Assembly: GCA_965202585.1 (NCBI GenBank)
Contig: OZ241834.1
Coordinates: 9,858,001-9,922,000 of the forward strand
Reading direction: 5' to 3'
Origin: Thalia democratica
Lineage: Eukaryota
Length of the DNA stretch: 64,000 nucleotides
In this document: positions 1 to 12,618 of the stretch, piece after piece
How positions within the stretch are numbered: position 1 is the first letter of the stretch
Layout: every line of letters starts with the position of its first letter
The notes under the pieces: generated by a model
What the model was told of the DNA's origin: nothing
What the model saw: only the letters and a program-made list of their open reading frames with translations
Databases searched by the model: none
Translations under genes and position numbers: made by a program

Positions 1-1979
1 TAGTCGAACCTTTTTAACTTTACTGAGAAACTCATAAAACTCGTTTAAACTTGATGTGTGTTTAATTTGAGCATTGTTATAAAACTCATAAAAAAACAAA
101 TAAAAAAATATTTATTAAACTAAAAATTAAAAGCGGTAATACATAGTAGTTTCTAGGCTATTTAATTAAAATTTGAAAAAGTTTTGAAGAGAGTAGATAC
201 AAACAACTAAATTAAATAGTAGGAACATTTTCTTATGGAACTTAAATGACTGTACGAGTAAACTTTAACTAAAACCGTTAATAAAAGTGCCTTGTTTTGA
301 TAAGCTCATTGGGAAATTAAAATTAGTTGTCTAGTGTTTGGTTTTTCCTTTTGAAAAGTTGTTTAGCTTTAACGCGGTTATTATATCACAGGTTCAATTG
401 AGGTTAGGAATTGCTGGTCTTAATTTTATTTATTGAAAAAAAATCTGTCGCAAAGCCACAATTTAAATTTCGTTGATTTCGTAACCTTATTTATATACTT
501 CAAGATTGGGAAAAATTAAAAAACATTTTAAAGTTGTTTGTATTTTAATACTTTCACAAAAAAGTTTTAGTTGCATTTGTTCATTGTTTAAAATAGTAAT
601 TTTACAATGTATACTTTAAAAAGTATTAAACATTTTTCTCAAGCTTTTAAACTTTAAATCTCATCACAAAAGTTTCAGTAATTAAGTCTAATTTCATCAA
701 GTTTTTAATAATACAGATTTTGCTTTAAACATACAAAAAGTACGCTGTTAATATAAAGTTTTCTTAAATTTTTGTTCTTGTAAATATATTTAAATAAGTT
801 TTCAAATAGTGTTTACCTGTTAGTTTATTAAGGCATGAAACTTATTTGTTATAAACGATTACAACCTGTAGCAATATAATTCAAAATATATGATGTATTC
901 TTTTTCATGCTCTCTAGTGCGTGTAAATCTTTTATTAAAAAAAACCTGTGTTTTCTTTCTAATATAGTAAAAAAAAACTTTAATACCAAAGCAGTTTAGA
1001 CTCAACAGTTTTTTTATCATATAACTCTATATTTATTACAGAACTTTACGTCATGTTTTTGTTGTTTTTGAAAAATACCTTAATTAGCATAGAAATATGT
1101 TCTAAACTTTTGTATAAACCGTATACTCGACTTAATTCATTTCTAAGTTAAATAAAGTTTATAAACTCAGACTGTAAAGATATAAAGTATGCAACTTTCG
1201 CATTATTTTGCTTAAAATTTACTTAAGTGTTAAAACTTTAGAAAATTCTAAAATTTTAATTCTTGATTAATTGATACAAAAAGCCTTGTTATCTCAAAAT
1301 GTTTCTACAACAAAAAACTTTTGTCTTAAACAATCGAACAGTTCTATTTAAAAGTTATATTTGTTTTAAACTACATGGAACAACTGTTTAAGAACAAAAA
1401 GAAATTAAAACGTTTGTTGAAAAGAAATTGAAACTTAAAAAAATATTTTGTTAAAATTTATTACTTAAATATAAGATTTGAAAAAAAAAGAAAAATATAT
1501 GTATAAGTTACAATAAATATTAAAAAACGATGCTAAATGTCATGCTGCTTCAAGTAATTTACTCATATTTTAAATGTAAAAATATACATGCAACCATACA
1601 AAATAACTTTAATAAAACTAGCTTGTTGCAAACTATTTTGTGTATATAATACATATATAGCTTGCAGCAGTATATTACACAAGTTATTTTTATTTACTTT
1701 GTAAAGTAGACTATAAATTCAACATAAAAAAAAGACTATAAAAAATTAGTTCTTGAAAGTATTACTTATTTTGCTGCAAATAATTAAGTTAGTATTACAT
1801 TTAAAGTCTGCATGTATTTCTGAGTATTTTTGTTTGAAAAGTTTTAACCACTAAAAACAATTACTGCGTCTTATATAACTAAAACCGACAAAACTAGTTT
1901 TACGTCACAAAAATTTTAAACATACTTTTAACAATGTTGCAATATTTTATTCAATATTATTTAAATGTTTTTCTTTATT

Positions 1980-3800
1980 GTTTTTTTTTTTCACGGCAGC
2001 TTCACTGCACGCGTGGGAACAAAAACAAGAGTCTTAAAAACGCCTTACAACGCATATTTTCATTCACTGTTTATTCAAAGTCCCGTTGCTTTGTTCACAT
2101 CTTGTGTAAACTGGCAAACAAAAAGGCGACTGACAAAAGCAGAGGTGTCGCGGAAGCACTACACAAATCGCTTGAACTCTCTGGTGCTGGGATAAAAGGT
2201 GGAATTTTGTGGACTAACAATAACACACACTGCTTATTTGTCAACTGGTGTGCCTCACAGCTAGTCGTTGGGCAAACATTTGAACCCGAGAGTTTTTGTA
2301 ATAAGTTTGTTTTTCTGCGCTAACTTATTAATGTTTAGAAAACGCACTAAGTTCTGAAGATGAGAGGAAAAAGGGGGTTGTGAACAAGAAGCGATGTTAG
2401 ACGTTTGTTTTTGTAAACACATACAAACTATTAAAGGTACCATATTTCAAAAAAAAAGTTTAAAAAAACTTTAATTGATTGATTTAAAAAATTAGCCAAT
2501 TCAATTCAATTATTTAGTTTTAAAATGTTAAATCAAATTACAAACAAGTATTTCTTATGTTCACTGAAATAATGAAAATAATTGAGGAAGAAAACTTCGT
2601 ATAAGCAGCGGGAAGAAGAGAAGTCAATGCAATTAAGCGAATATAAGCAAATAAAAAGTGGCAGGGTCACATTTCCCACAGAGACAAAAATGACCATGTT
2701 ATTAACGTCTCGGACTCTGGAGTGATTGACGTTTTTAAATTGGGTTTCGTTTCGCTTTAAATTAGAAGATAGATGTGAACAGTTGAGATTGTTGAAGTGT
2801 GCCGTGTGACAAACTTGTTTATGTTATACTGCAATATTTTACTTCTAATTATTTCTCTGAATATATTGTGGAAAACAAATGGTACGAACAGTATATAATT
2901 ATTAAATAATTAAAAAAAAAATTATCAAATTTTTTTATGATAAAACTCCTTTACGAGCTAGTTAGTAGCCAACTAATCAAAATATTTCTTTCCATTCGAT
3001 TTTAAAGTTAGAACAACCAAATCCGGTTACAATTTGTCAAATAAAACAAATCCTATTGTCTTCGTGAAAGCTAAACTAAACAAAATAAACTATCCAACAA
3101 AAAGCTCTACGTAATTTCGCAATTGCATCATAATAGAACATTTGGTAAAGTTTCTTACGCATGTTATTAATTTTGACATTAGGCTAAACGATATGAGTAT
3201 TGGAATTATGAATACTTCCTTGCACCTGCCAATACTTCTTTTTGTTTTGTGAATGTCCTTTTGTTATCAAAATTGTAGTTAAAATAACATTAAGGGCACA
3301 TGATAACATTTAAATATGTACAACTACCAATTCTTTTTAAAATTTTTTTCCAAAATTTCAAGTTTGTTAAAAATGATTAAATTATTTCAGTTAGCTCTAG
3401 AATAGTTTTTTACCTTTAAATTAGAAACGTATTTTCAAAGTTTGTGTTTTTACAGCTAAATAAAGAGTTATATATAAAGTGTACTTTATTTATATCAGGT
3501 AGAAATTAAAAAAAAATTGTTAAAACTTCAGAAAAAAAAAAACAGTTTAAAGCCAGCATAATACGTAGCAAGTGCACAGACAGCTTCTAAGTAGCCAACT
3601 TGAACGACTCAAGTCGTGACAAAATTGTGTATCAACAAAAGTTCCAATCAGTGAACTTTCCCTTCGTTAGCATGAATTCACAGCACGAATCTGAATATTG
3701 AATGAACTTGATACAAGTTGAATATACGCTCTGTATGTTTTAATACTTATTGCGTTTGCATAACGACTTTTGCAAAAGCATGATTTGCTGTTAGTTGACT
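1980..3800. other. Four conserved islands (~1980-2410, 2590-2860, 2950-3300, 3545-3800) at the distal end of the unit
   Basis: Collinear with 45390-43570 in copy B. The reading frames tested are not shared between copies. Confidence 0.5.
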
Positions 3801-4449
3801 TGCATGCTTTATTTCGTTTGCTTCTTAAAACAAATATTTATAAATATTCCTTGTTGCATGATTTATATTATGTTTGTTCTATGAAAGTTTAATGCATTAT
3901 TTTTCGAAAACATCCCTAGAAAATTGTTGATAATTTATAAAAAAAAAGTTGTTGTTAACAAAATTAAATACTACGAATTATTAAAATATACGTTAGTGAT
4001 TTATATGATTTTGTTATACTAATATCAAGAATGAACTTTTAGTATAGAAGGTGTGAAGTTGAACTTAAGTAATAAAAGTTATTCAATTATAAATTCTTCA
4101 TAACTGTGATCTTTTACCAAAAAACTACTAATTAACTTTAGCTTAAGTATATTAAAGTTTATCACGCAAAGAGTTAATTTCATAAATTTTGAAATTTTTA
4201 AATCGATATTAAAGTTATTTGTTAAATCAGAAATAATTTCATTTTGACTTTATCTATAAGTCTGCAGAATTATTAGTTACTTATTTTTAATATGAATTTA
4301 GCAAATATAAATTAGAAAGAAGATAGTAATTTTATTATCTAAGTTAAGCTTGAAGTTGTACAACTTTTTGTGATTGTTAGTTTCTAATTATAGCAAGCAT
4401 GACTCCTTCTTAGATATTTTAACTCTTATTTTTAATTTTATCGTTTTTT

Positions 4450-4680
4450 TTTTGGCTAAGCCTGACGTCACCGATAATCAAGACTAACTATCGCTTCTCA
4501 GGCGCCAATAAAAACAACTTTCTGTTTTCCTACAAACAAAAAAATCTTTTGTCTTTTTCAAACAGCCTTATAGGTAAATACTTGAAGCTTGCTAGAATAA
4601 GCTTACTTTTTATTACTTCCCATTTATTAAAAGTTAATGGTCTTTACTTAGTGTGGGTCGGAGATAAGTCTTGTTTGTTC
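4450..4680 (+). promoter_or_regulatory. Conserved island with CRE (TGACGTCA 4463-4470), an E2F-like TTGGCGC on the minus strand and a donor AG|GTAAAT at 4574
   Basis: All three motifs are retained in copy B (CRE at 42875-42882). Confidence 0.5.
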
Positions 4681-6099
4681 AACCAATTAAAACATTTTTG
4701 TTAAACTTATTTTTAAAATTTTTATCAAGTAAACAACGATGATATATTAGTTGAAAATAAAATTAAACAAACTAAAAATTGGTATTGAAGAAACAAGATA
4801 ATTCTTTTTTTAATTTAAGGCTGCTATATTTTCAACTTATTAAACTATTTATTTTTTGTTTTAACATATTATATTTTGAACTTTGTTTTTTACCCAAAAT
4901 TTTTGATACTTGAAAAAAAATACGAGACTTGCCAAAAATTTGTTTATAACTAAAGATGAAATTGTTTACTATAAGAACTTATTGTTTTTATAAAAACAAA
5001 AACTACTTGAAGCACTTTAACTCTTCTTTAATCATGCTAATTATAAACTATGAAATAAATATGCTGTTTAGTAGTTAAATAAAAGCTATTAAAAAAAATT
5101 GAAAAAAAAAGTGTTTCTTTGTTGTGAAAGTAATAAGTAACAATGACCATAATTTAAGCAAGCTTTTTAAAAAACTAATATCATAAATAAACTATTAATA
5201 TCTACTAATAGTAAAAATTAAAAATATTGTACAATCAATACACATTTAAGATTTCAAAACATCTTCTAACTTATTGATAACATAAAGATAGCTCAAAAGT
5301 TTCTTTTTTTTAAGTTAAAGAAGTTTAAACTTTTTTAATTAAGAAATAAAAAATTAAACCTAATCACAATTACCTTTTAAAAAAGCTTTAAAAACTCAAT
5401 TTTTTTTCGTTCTTACAGGAGTAATTACAAGTAATTGATTTACAAAACTTTCAACAAAGAAATTTTTCAATGTTTGCAGCAGAATAAAATTAAAGCGTAA
5501 ACTAAAACTATGTTATTTTGAAAAAGTTACGAAGTATGTCAAATATTTAAACGAATAGTTTATTTAAAAGACATTTAAGTAAAAAAACAAATAACTAAAC
5601 CAACTTACAATAGGTCGTTTTATAGCTTAAAAATAATTATACAAGCAACAAATAGTAAGTATTTTCTTTTGATAATAGTATATTTTTACCAAAAGCTACA
5701 ACTAAATAAAAAATCAATGGTTAAATATGAACTTACAAACATTATAAAACCAATTGACGGTATAAAAATTTGCTCTAAAAGTAATGTTTACTTTAAATTT
5801 AAAATATTTTATTAAATTTATAACTTATACAGGATTAGTATAAATTACCTCAAATATTTTTACTTTTTTTTTAAATAAGTGCTTTAAATATTTAAAAAAA
5901 AAAAAAAAAATAATGCTAAGTATAAAGAAATATTACTTTTGGTAATTAAAATTCACCACTATCTGTGATTTACCCTAAATTTTGTAAATCTTTTTTTTTT
6001 TTCATAACGATCCATACGACAAGTTTTCAATTAGTTTCTAATCTTGTCATAAAGTTGTTTTGAGTGGTTTTAATTTTCGTACAAGTGTAAATCTATATT

Positions 6100-6660
6100 A
6101 TAGTTTAAAACCTTACTCTCCCAAGATTAAGAGAAACAAGACAGCAAATACCTCAAAATTCCCGATAATTAACATTGAATTTTGAGATGAGTGACATTGA
6201 TTGTTGCCACTTGAGCGCTAATTAACAAAAAGGAGCGACACAATCACGAGTTATCGAGTCTAGCGAGATTTTTAATTTCACTTCTTCCTCAAGTATTTGT
6301 TGCTTGTTATTGTAAGACGACGGCTGCTCGCCGGTTATTTGCCTTCAATTGACGCATTAATGACACTTAATACTGCTAAAAATACCGAAAAATTCCGGCG
6401 ATACAAAGATAATTGCAGTCCGAACTCCGTTCGCAGATTATCTTAATTACTCGCTCCTTCAAAGTGACCTTTTGAGAGGGTTGATTTTGCTGCACAAAAT
6501 ACACACAGTTTGCTGGGAGGTTAACTGGAGGTGTCAGTTGTGTCTGCATTTTGTATATAATACTTTTGTTACTGTAAGCTAATAAAAATAAACAAAGTGC
6601 AGCCGACTATTAACAGAGGTTATGATGGTTAAAAAAATATACTTTTTTTGGTCTGGTAGT
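6100..6660. other. Conserved island of unknown role (possible antisense small ORF, see findings)
   Basis: Conserved at 40680-41260 and 62110-62700. Confidence 0.5.
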
Positions 6661-7274
6661 TTTGTTTGCCATTGCATTTGAATTAAATATTTTTAAAGCA
6701 AAATTGTAAAGTATTATTTACTTATAAACAACCAAGTTAAATAGTTTGTACTTAAAAAAAATGCTTTTTCAATTTTTTTATTAATCAGACTGACAAACTA
6801 AGAAGTCAATTTTTCTGAAAACTTTTAAAACTCTTCTTTTAGTTTAATTAAAATTATTTTACAAGACTGAATTGTGTTGAGCTATTAGTCAAAGCTCAAA
6901 TTACTTTAAATAGTTAGTTACAGTATTATAAATTTCAATTTTCAGTTCACAATCCACATCTAAAGTAGAAACCTGTGCAAACCAGATTAACTCTGTGAAC
7001 TTTTTTTTTCATCTAGTAAAATAAATTTATTGTATCTTTTGTTTGTTAAACCGAATTTGAAGAAATATTTATAGATGTCAAAATTTGTGACTTTTACTTG
7101 TGATATTACATTAAATATTATAATTATGAAAATCAGTAACAGTATATTCACAAATTAAGAAACTCATGTATATTTTTATTTTCAGAAATATTTTCAAAGT
7201 TAGGAAGTAGCACAATATGTTTTAAACTATTTTAGTCTATTTATTTTTATAACTTTATGTAATATGCTTCGTAT

Positions 7275-7870
7275 TTTAAGCACGATTTATTAAACGTGAT
7301 TGGTTATAAGCGTGCTTAAATAAAATATATTTTTTATAACGTAAAGTTACTAACAGGTTAAGGCTTACTAAGAATTTGGAAAATGTTTGCAATAAACACA
7401 CAATCTTGTTAAAAGCTTATCTGACTAGTAGTTTCAAGGGTTTTGTCAACAAAAAAAAACGTTAAAATAATGATATGTTATCTACACAGGCAGCAAAAGC
7501 ACGAGCACACAATAAGTATCGATAGAAAAGTAGGCTGAAACAGCTATTTACTGAAAACCACCGTTGTTCTGGCGGCGGCAAGATAATGCGATATGACGTC
7601 ATAATAGCACCAGCAGTAGTATCACTCTCTCTTTTTGCGTCGTTGAAACCGGTGGAGCGGAAAAGACTGAAACGCGTTTTTCGTTTCTCTTTAGTCGGTG
7701 AGAAGCCTGAATTGAGATTAGTTCATTGGCAATTCACTCTGGTGACAGTCAAGTGAAAATCACAATGTGAAACAATTAACTTGAACTTAGCAAACTTTTT
7801 TGTTGTTACTAACACTCGGCAATTGCCTCTTTTTTAAGTCGGCTCAAAATTGTTTTGTTTCTTAAATTAA
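7275..7870 (+). promoter_or_regulatory. Conserved GC-rich island with reverse CCAAT box (7299-7303), 12-bp palindromic CRE TATGACGTCATA (7592-7603) and donor CG|GTGAGA at 7698
   Basis: Conserved in B (CRE 39749-39756) and C (61180-61187). Confidence 0.55.
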
Positions 7871-8919
7871 GCTGAAAATTTCACTTTTGATACAGAAAAA
7901 GTCTTTTGTTTATAAAAGTCCTAAGAGCAGATTGTTTGTACTTGAGATTTAAAAAGAAAAGACAATAAAAAACAAGAAAAAAAAGTAATGGTTGCAGATA
8001 TTTAAATGATAGTAAAAAAATGGTGGAGAATCTACCAATAAAAAAAGTTAATCATATTTTTTTACGAAAGTTAATGGTACAAGTAAATTTTTATCTAAAT
8101 GAGAGTATAAAAAACAGTTCAAAGGTTTTGTATTAACTTATACGACACATTTTACTCATCGAAACTTTTCGAAAAGTATGAGAAAATTGATTGTTTATCA
8201 TAGTGTTTATTTAAAAAATCTATGTTGTTTGTAAAAAGATAAATTTGCAGCAGTTATCTTTAAGATAAATATTTGTTTATCGTTTAAACCATAGAAAAAC
8301 ATGCTATTTTTGATAAAAAAAGTTTAAAAGTTTCAGACGTTTTTAATTTTAGTTTTTACTATTTTACACAGATAAGCATTTCTAAAAGTTAAGTTTATTC
8401 ATTTTAAGAAAAACTTTTTTGTTTATTTATAATTCAAGTAAAACAATTTTTAATCTGATTACTTAAATACCAGTAAGAAAATTTGAAATAAAAAAATTTA
8501 AAGTAATTTACTATGCAATGAATTAGTTTTTTTAATTAGTAAGTATATAAACCTTTGATTTTTACTTAACAGATTTTCTAAAACATAATAAAATATTTTG
8601 ATGGAGCTTTTTGTCATTATCTTAAATTGGTTATAACATTTAGAAAAAAAAAAATTAAGTATAGTATGTTTTTACTATAAAACTTATCAATTACTTTACA
8701 ATTAATAACACTTTATTGTATTCATAAGAACAAATTACAAAAAAAATAAGAAAAGTATTATGATATAATCTTTAAAAACTATTTTCTAGTTAAAACAGTA
8801 ACGAATATATTTTATAATAAACTGAACAAAAACAAACTTCAAAGTAAAATCTGAAGCTTGAAAAAGCAAAATATTGTTTGAAAAATAAGTTATAAGTTTT
8901 GAAGTGTTGTAACACTTTT

Positions 8920-9480
8920 CTATCTGAAACGTACAATGCTTTTTCCTTGTTCAACACAAAAAACGCTTCATGATTTTCGGTGCTCGAACTTTAACCGAGA
9001 TCTCGAACTTGATTGAGAATTGCTACTTTCTCGCAAATTAATCAGCTGATAACCGGCCTGCAGCGAAACCTGTTTGTGAGATAAGCAAAAAGTGTGTTGA
9101 TGAAACAACTCAACTGGCACTGAGCAGTTACTTTCTTGTTTACCTGTTTAACTGCTTTTGCCGGACTCGAGTCTCACAGTGAAACTAAATCGGCAGCATG
9201 AACTTTCGCACGGCTGTTTTGAAAGTGTAGAATCAGCAGTTAAAATGAGTAGTTAAACGAGCGAAGAGCAGTAAAAACTGCACAGTAATTTCACCGGATG
9301 CTTTTTGAAGTGTTGAAGTTCAAAACTACTCATTTTTGAAAATGAAGCAGGTCGTAATATCATTGGTTTCGGAAGTAGTTCTGTTTTTAATGTTTTACGC
9401 AAACCCAGCAGAAACTTTAAAAGGCAAAAGAGAAAAGATATTTTAACCAAAACTGTGTTTTTTAGTTTATTTTCCAATCT
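8920..9480. promoter_or_regulatory. Conserved non-coding island (several CAGTTA/TAACTG, CAGCTG, GACTCGAGTC palindrome)
   Basis: Highly similar at 37860-38440 and 59280-59870. Indels of 5 and 7 bp between copies argue against coding. Confidence 0.45.
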
Positions 9481-10909
9481 CTTGAATACTTATTTAGTGC
9501 AGATTTAGTATTAGTGAGTGTATTCTATTAAATTTTTCAATCAAACTATCTAGGTATGACCAAAGAATTAAAGTAATAAATAATTAAACATACGTTATTA
9601 TAAGTTATGTAGTTTACCAGTTTTTTTTAGTATGTTTTTGTTAATTTGTAAGTTCTACTATTTTTTGATGTTCCTATATTAAATTAATAATTTTTAAATA
9701 AAAGAAAAGGATTTTGAAAATTTACTATGTATCTTGTTAGTTAAAAGAGTTGTTGTGTTGACATAAGTAAATATTTTTATGATATTTAGACAGCATCTGA
9801 AAATCAATACTTTGAAAAATTACACACAATTTAAAATAATTTTTTAATACGTTTAATTTTTCTTAATGAATTGAAACAACACATACTTATATAAAGCATA
9901 ATTTCAAATTGTTGATTTTTTATGATTATTTTCTAATTTTTTTGTATATTATTAACAAAAATCTAGTGCTGTTTTTATAGCCTTAGGTGTATTTAAGAAT
10001 GGCTGAATCAATTGTTAACAAGCTATAAAAAAGTACCATAAAAAAGTCACGTGAGTTAAAAAATATTGCTATAAAATAATGTGTATAAAAGATTTTGGTC
10101 GTTTTACGTACAAAAGTATACATTTATAGTCTAAGTTCAAGTAACTCACTTTTAAGTATTCATAAGACAGCTTATGAAGTATTTTTCAGTTAGTTTTTCA
10201 GTGTAAAACAACTGAAATATGTATGAAAAACTTTTTGATAAAAAATGCGTAATTAACATTATGACTTCTGCAATGCAGTGGTTTGGTTTATCATGACAAA
10301 ATTTCAAGCTTTGTTTTGAGAGAAAAAAATCTATTATGTCTAAGTTTTTACAGCTGCATATGAATTAATTTAAAACATAAGTATTATTTAAAATTTTTAT
10401 GTATTTATTTATTCTGTATTTACTTTTACTTTTTACTTTAAAGTTATTGAATTACTTTAGAATTTTTTAGAAAAATTGTTAGTTTTTATATTTACAATAA
10501 ATAAGCTAAGCAAATATTGCCGTGAACAAATGATCAAAGAAAAACTGATTTAAGTACAGAACTAGTTTTTGAAACACATCAATAATATTTTTTGACAACT
10601 GTTACAAGCTACTACAAATACAATCTAAATATTTTTGTTTGCATCATTGATAAGTTTTTCATGTAGTTTATTTGAAATTTTTTTGTTCAAGTTCAATTTT
10701 AAAATGTTTTAAATTGTTTGTTAAAAATAAAAAAATAATATAATTTTGTAAAAAAAGCGTAAAAGAAGTTAAACTTTTGTAAAAAATCAAGTTTTAATTT
10801 AGAAACAGTATATTTAAATATACTACAATGAAAACAAATAAAGTGTTTAAAACAAGTTTTAAAAGAAGAAATGTACTGTATTTTTAAACTAATTGAAAAT
10901 TACTGTTCA

Positions 10910-11190
10910 ACGCGGTAACAAAAAAAACTTCTAGTAACAACAAGTTGCAAGGAAATAAGCGATAATGTCAGTGAACGGCTCAGTGTGGTGTCACAATCAA
11001 ATTGCTACTCGATTGTTGACTCGCCCGGCCCCCACCTGCCGCCGACGACAAAAATGGATGCATTATGACGTCACAACGGCAGCTGGACGATGCGACTCTT
11101 TCTGATGCTTGGCCGCTGAAACGGGTTTTTAATAATTCATAAGAAAATCAGTGCACTGTTGAGTCTTTTATGAACACAAGTGATACAGTT
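10910..11190 (+). promoter_or_regulatory. Conserved GC-rich island with CRE (11066-11073) and a weak donor at 11180
   Basis: Conserved in B (CRE 36282-36289) and C (57710-57717). It is the most CpG-dense stretch of the unit by eye. Confidence 0.55.
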
Positions 11191-11712
11191 GGTTTAACTT
11201 GCTAGTATTTTTGTTTAGCAAGTATCAAAAGGATTAAACTGAAGTTGTGGTTAAAACATTTTATTGCATTCAGTTTAAAATATTTCAAATTCACCATACA
11301 TACAATTTGATTAAAGTTAGAGAATGTGTGTTTTATGATTTCAAGTCTAACACATATGGTACAAGTTTTCTTGATTTTTAATAAAGGACAAACAGTGACA
11401 AATATACGTTGCATTAAAACAGAAATATTTTGTGGATTTCGCACTAAAATAGTTTAGTAGATTTAGGACAGCTGATATTTGAACTTGTTTTTTAAATACA
11501 TGAACTCACATCTTAGCATAGTTTTGTGTAAATTTTGTTTTTAAAGCTTAAAAGTAGTTTTGTTTGAAAATATATTACAACTATTTAAATTTATTTTAAG
11601 CAATAATTGTCTTTAAACCATGTTGAAACTTAGACTGCATGACTTAATCCTTGAAAAAAAAAAGTTAAGTAATTTTTCATACATTTTCAGTGATATTGAT
11701 ATATAGTTTTAT

Positions 11713-12070
11713 AGATAGAATTAACTATAATCTCGGATAAAAATTTAAATTTATTATTATTTATTTTGAACAGATAAACACCACAATAAAATTTATTTGT
11801 CTTGAAAAAAATAACTCTTGAAATCTACAAAACTTTTCTAAATTATTTAATTATATACTTGATGGAACAGCTTTTTAATAAATTTGTGTTAAAAACTATT
11901 TATTTCTTTAAAAGTTGTTCCATCGGGTATATAACTTAATAATTTAGAAAGGTTTTGTAGATTTCGTGAGTTATTTTTCAAGACAAATAAATTTTATTGT
12001 GGTGTTTATCTGTTCAAAATAAATAATAATAAATCTAAATTTTTATTCTAGGTTTTAGTTAATTCTATCT
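11713..12070. repeat. Foldback / long inverted repeat (arms ~165 bp, loop ~30 bp), copy A only
   Basis: 11713-11876 is the reverse complement of 11909-12070, including a perfect core atttattattatttattttgaacagataaacaccacaataaaatttatttgtcttgaaaaa. Confidence 0.9.
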
Positions 12071-12618
12071 TTAAAATTTATTGTTTAATTTAAAACAATA
12101 AACCAAAAGTGTTCTAATTTGAATTGAAGTAGGCTCTGTAAAGTGAAAAGTTTCAAATTTAAAAACTACTAAGTGACTTATTTTATTGTTTTAGAAGTTT
12201 TAGTAATAAAAACTTTTACCTTTAGACGTATTAGTATTTTAGACGATAAAAGTTTAATAACTTTTTTTTAGTTTACATACTCATGCAATAACTGAACTAC
12301 TTGCTTTAAAAATGATTTTTATACTAGATTTCGAAAAAGAAAAACAAAAAACTCTTTAAAAACTAAATATTATTGTGTTGTTTATGTCAACACAAACAGA
12401 AAAATCAAACTTATGTAAAAGCTTGTTTTTACATGGTACAGCATCAGTATAAAAGACAGGTAAAATCATTATTTACAAATAAAAAGGTTTAACCATACAC
12501 ACACGCACATTGAAAGAGTGACGCAAACTTGAATAATTAATCCGGTGACTTAAACAACTTCATTTCGTCTTTTCGCAGGTATTAACAATAAAACAACAAA
12601 ACAAGCAAATAGTCTGTT

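Noticed and set aside
1934-2323. 129 aa ORF from the ORF track
   Set aside because: The homologous frame in copy B has four stops (TAG, TGA, TAA, TAA), and substitutions do not favour third positions in this frame.
3592-3702. 36-codon frame (VANLND...HESEY*) with synonymous A/B differences
   Set aside because: Only four differences, and sequence beyond the stop is just as conserved.
9253-9477. MENKLK... ORF (also 59297-59488)
   Set aside because: Non-ATG start, and 7-bp (B) and 5-bp (A) indels break the frame between copies.
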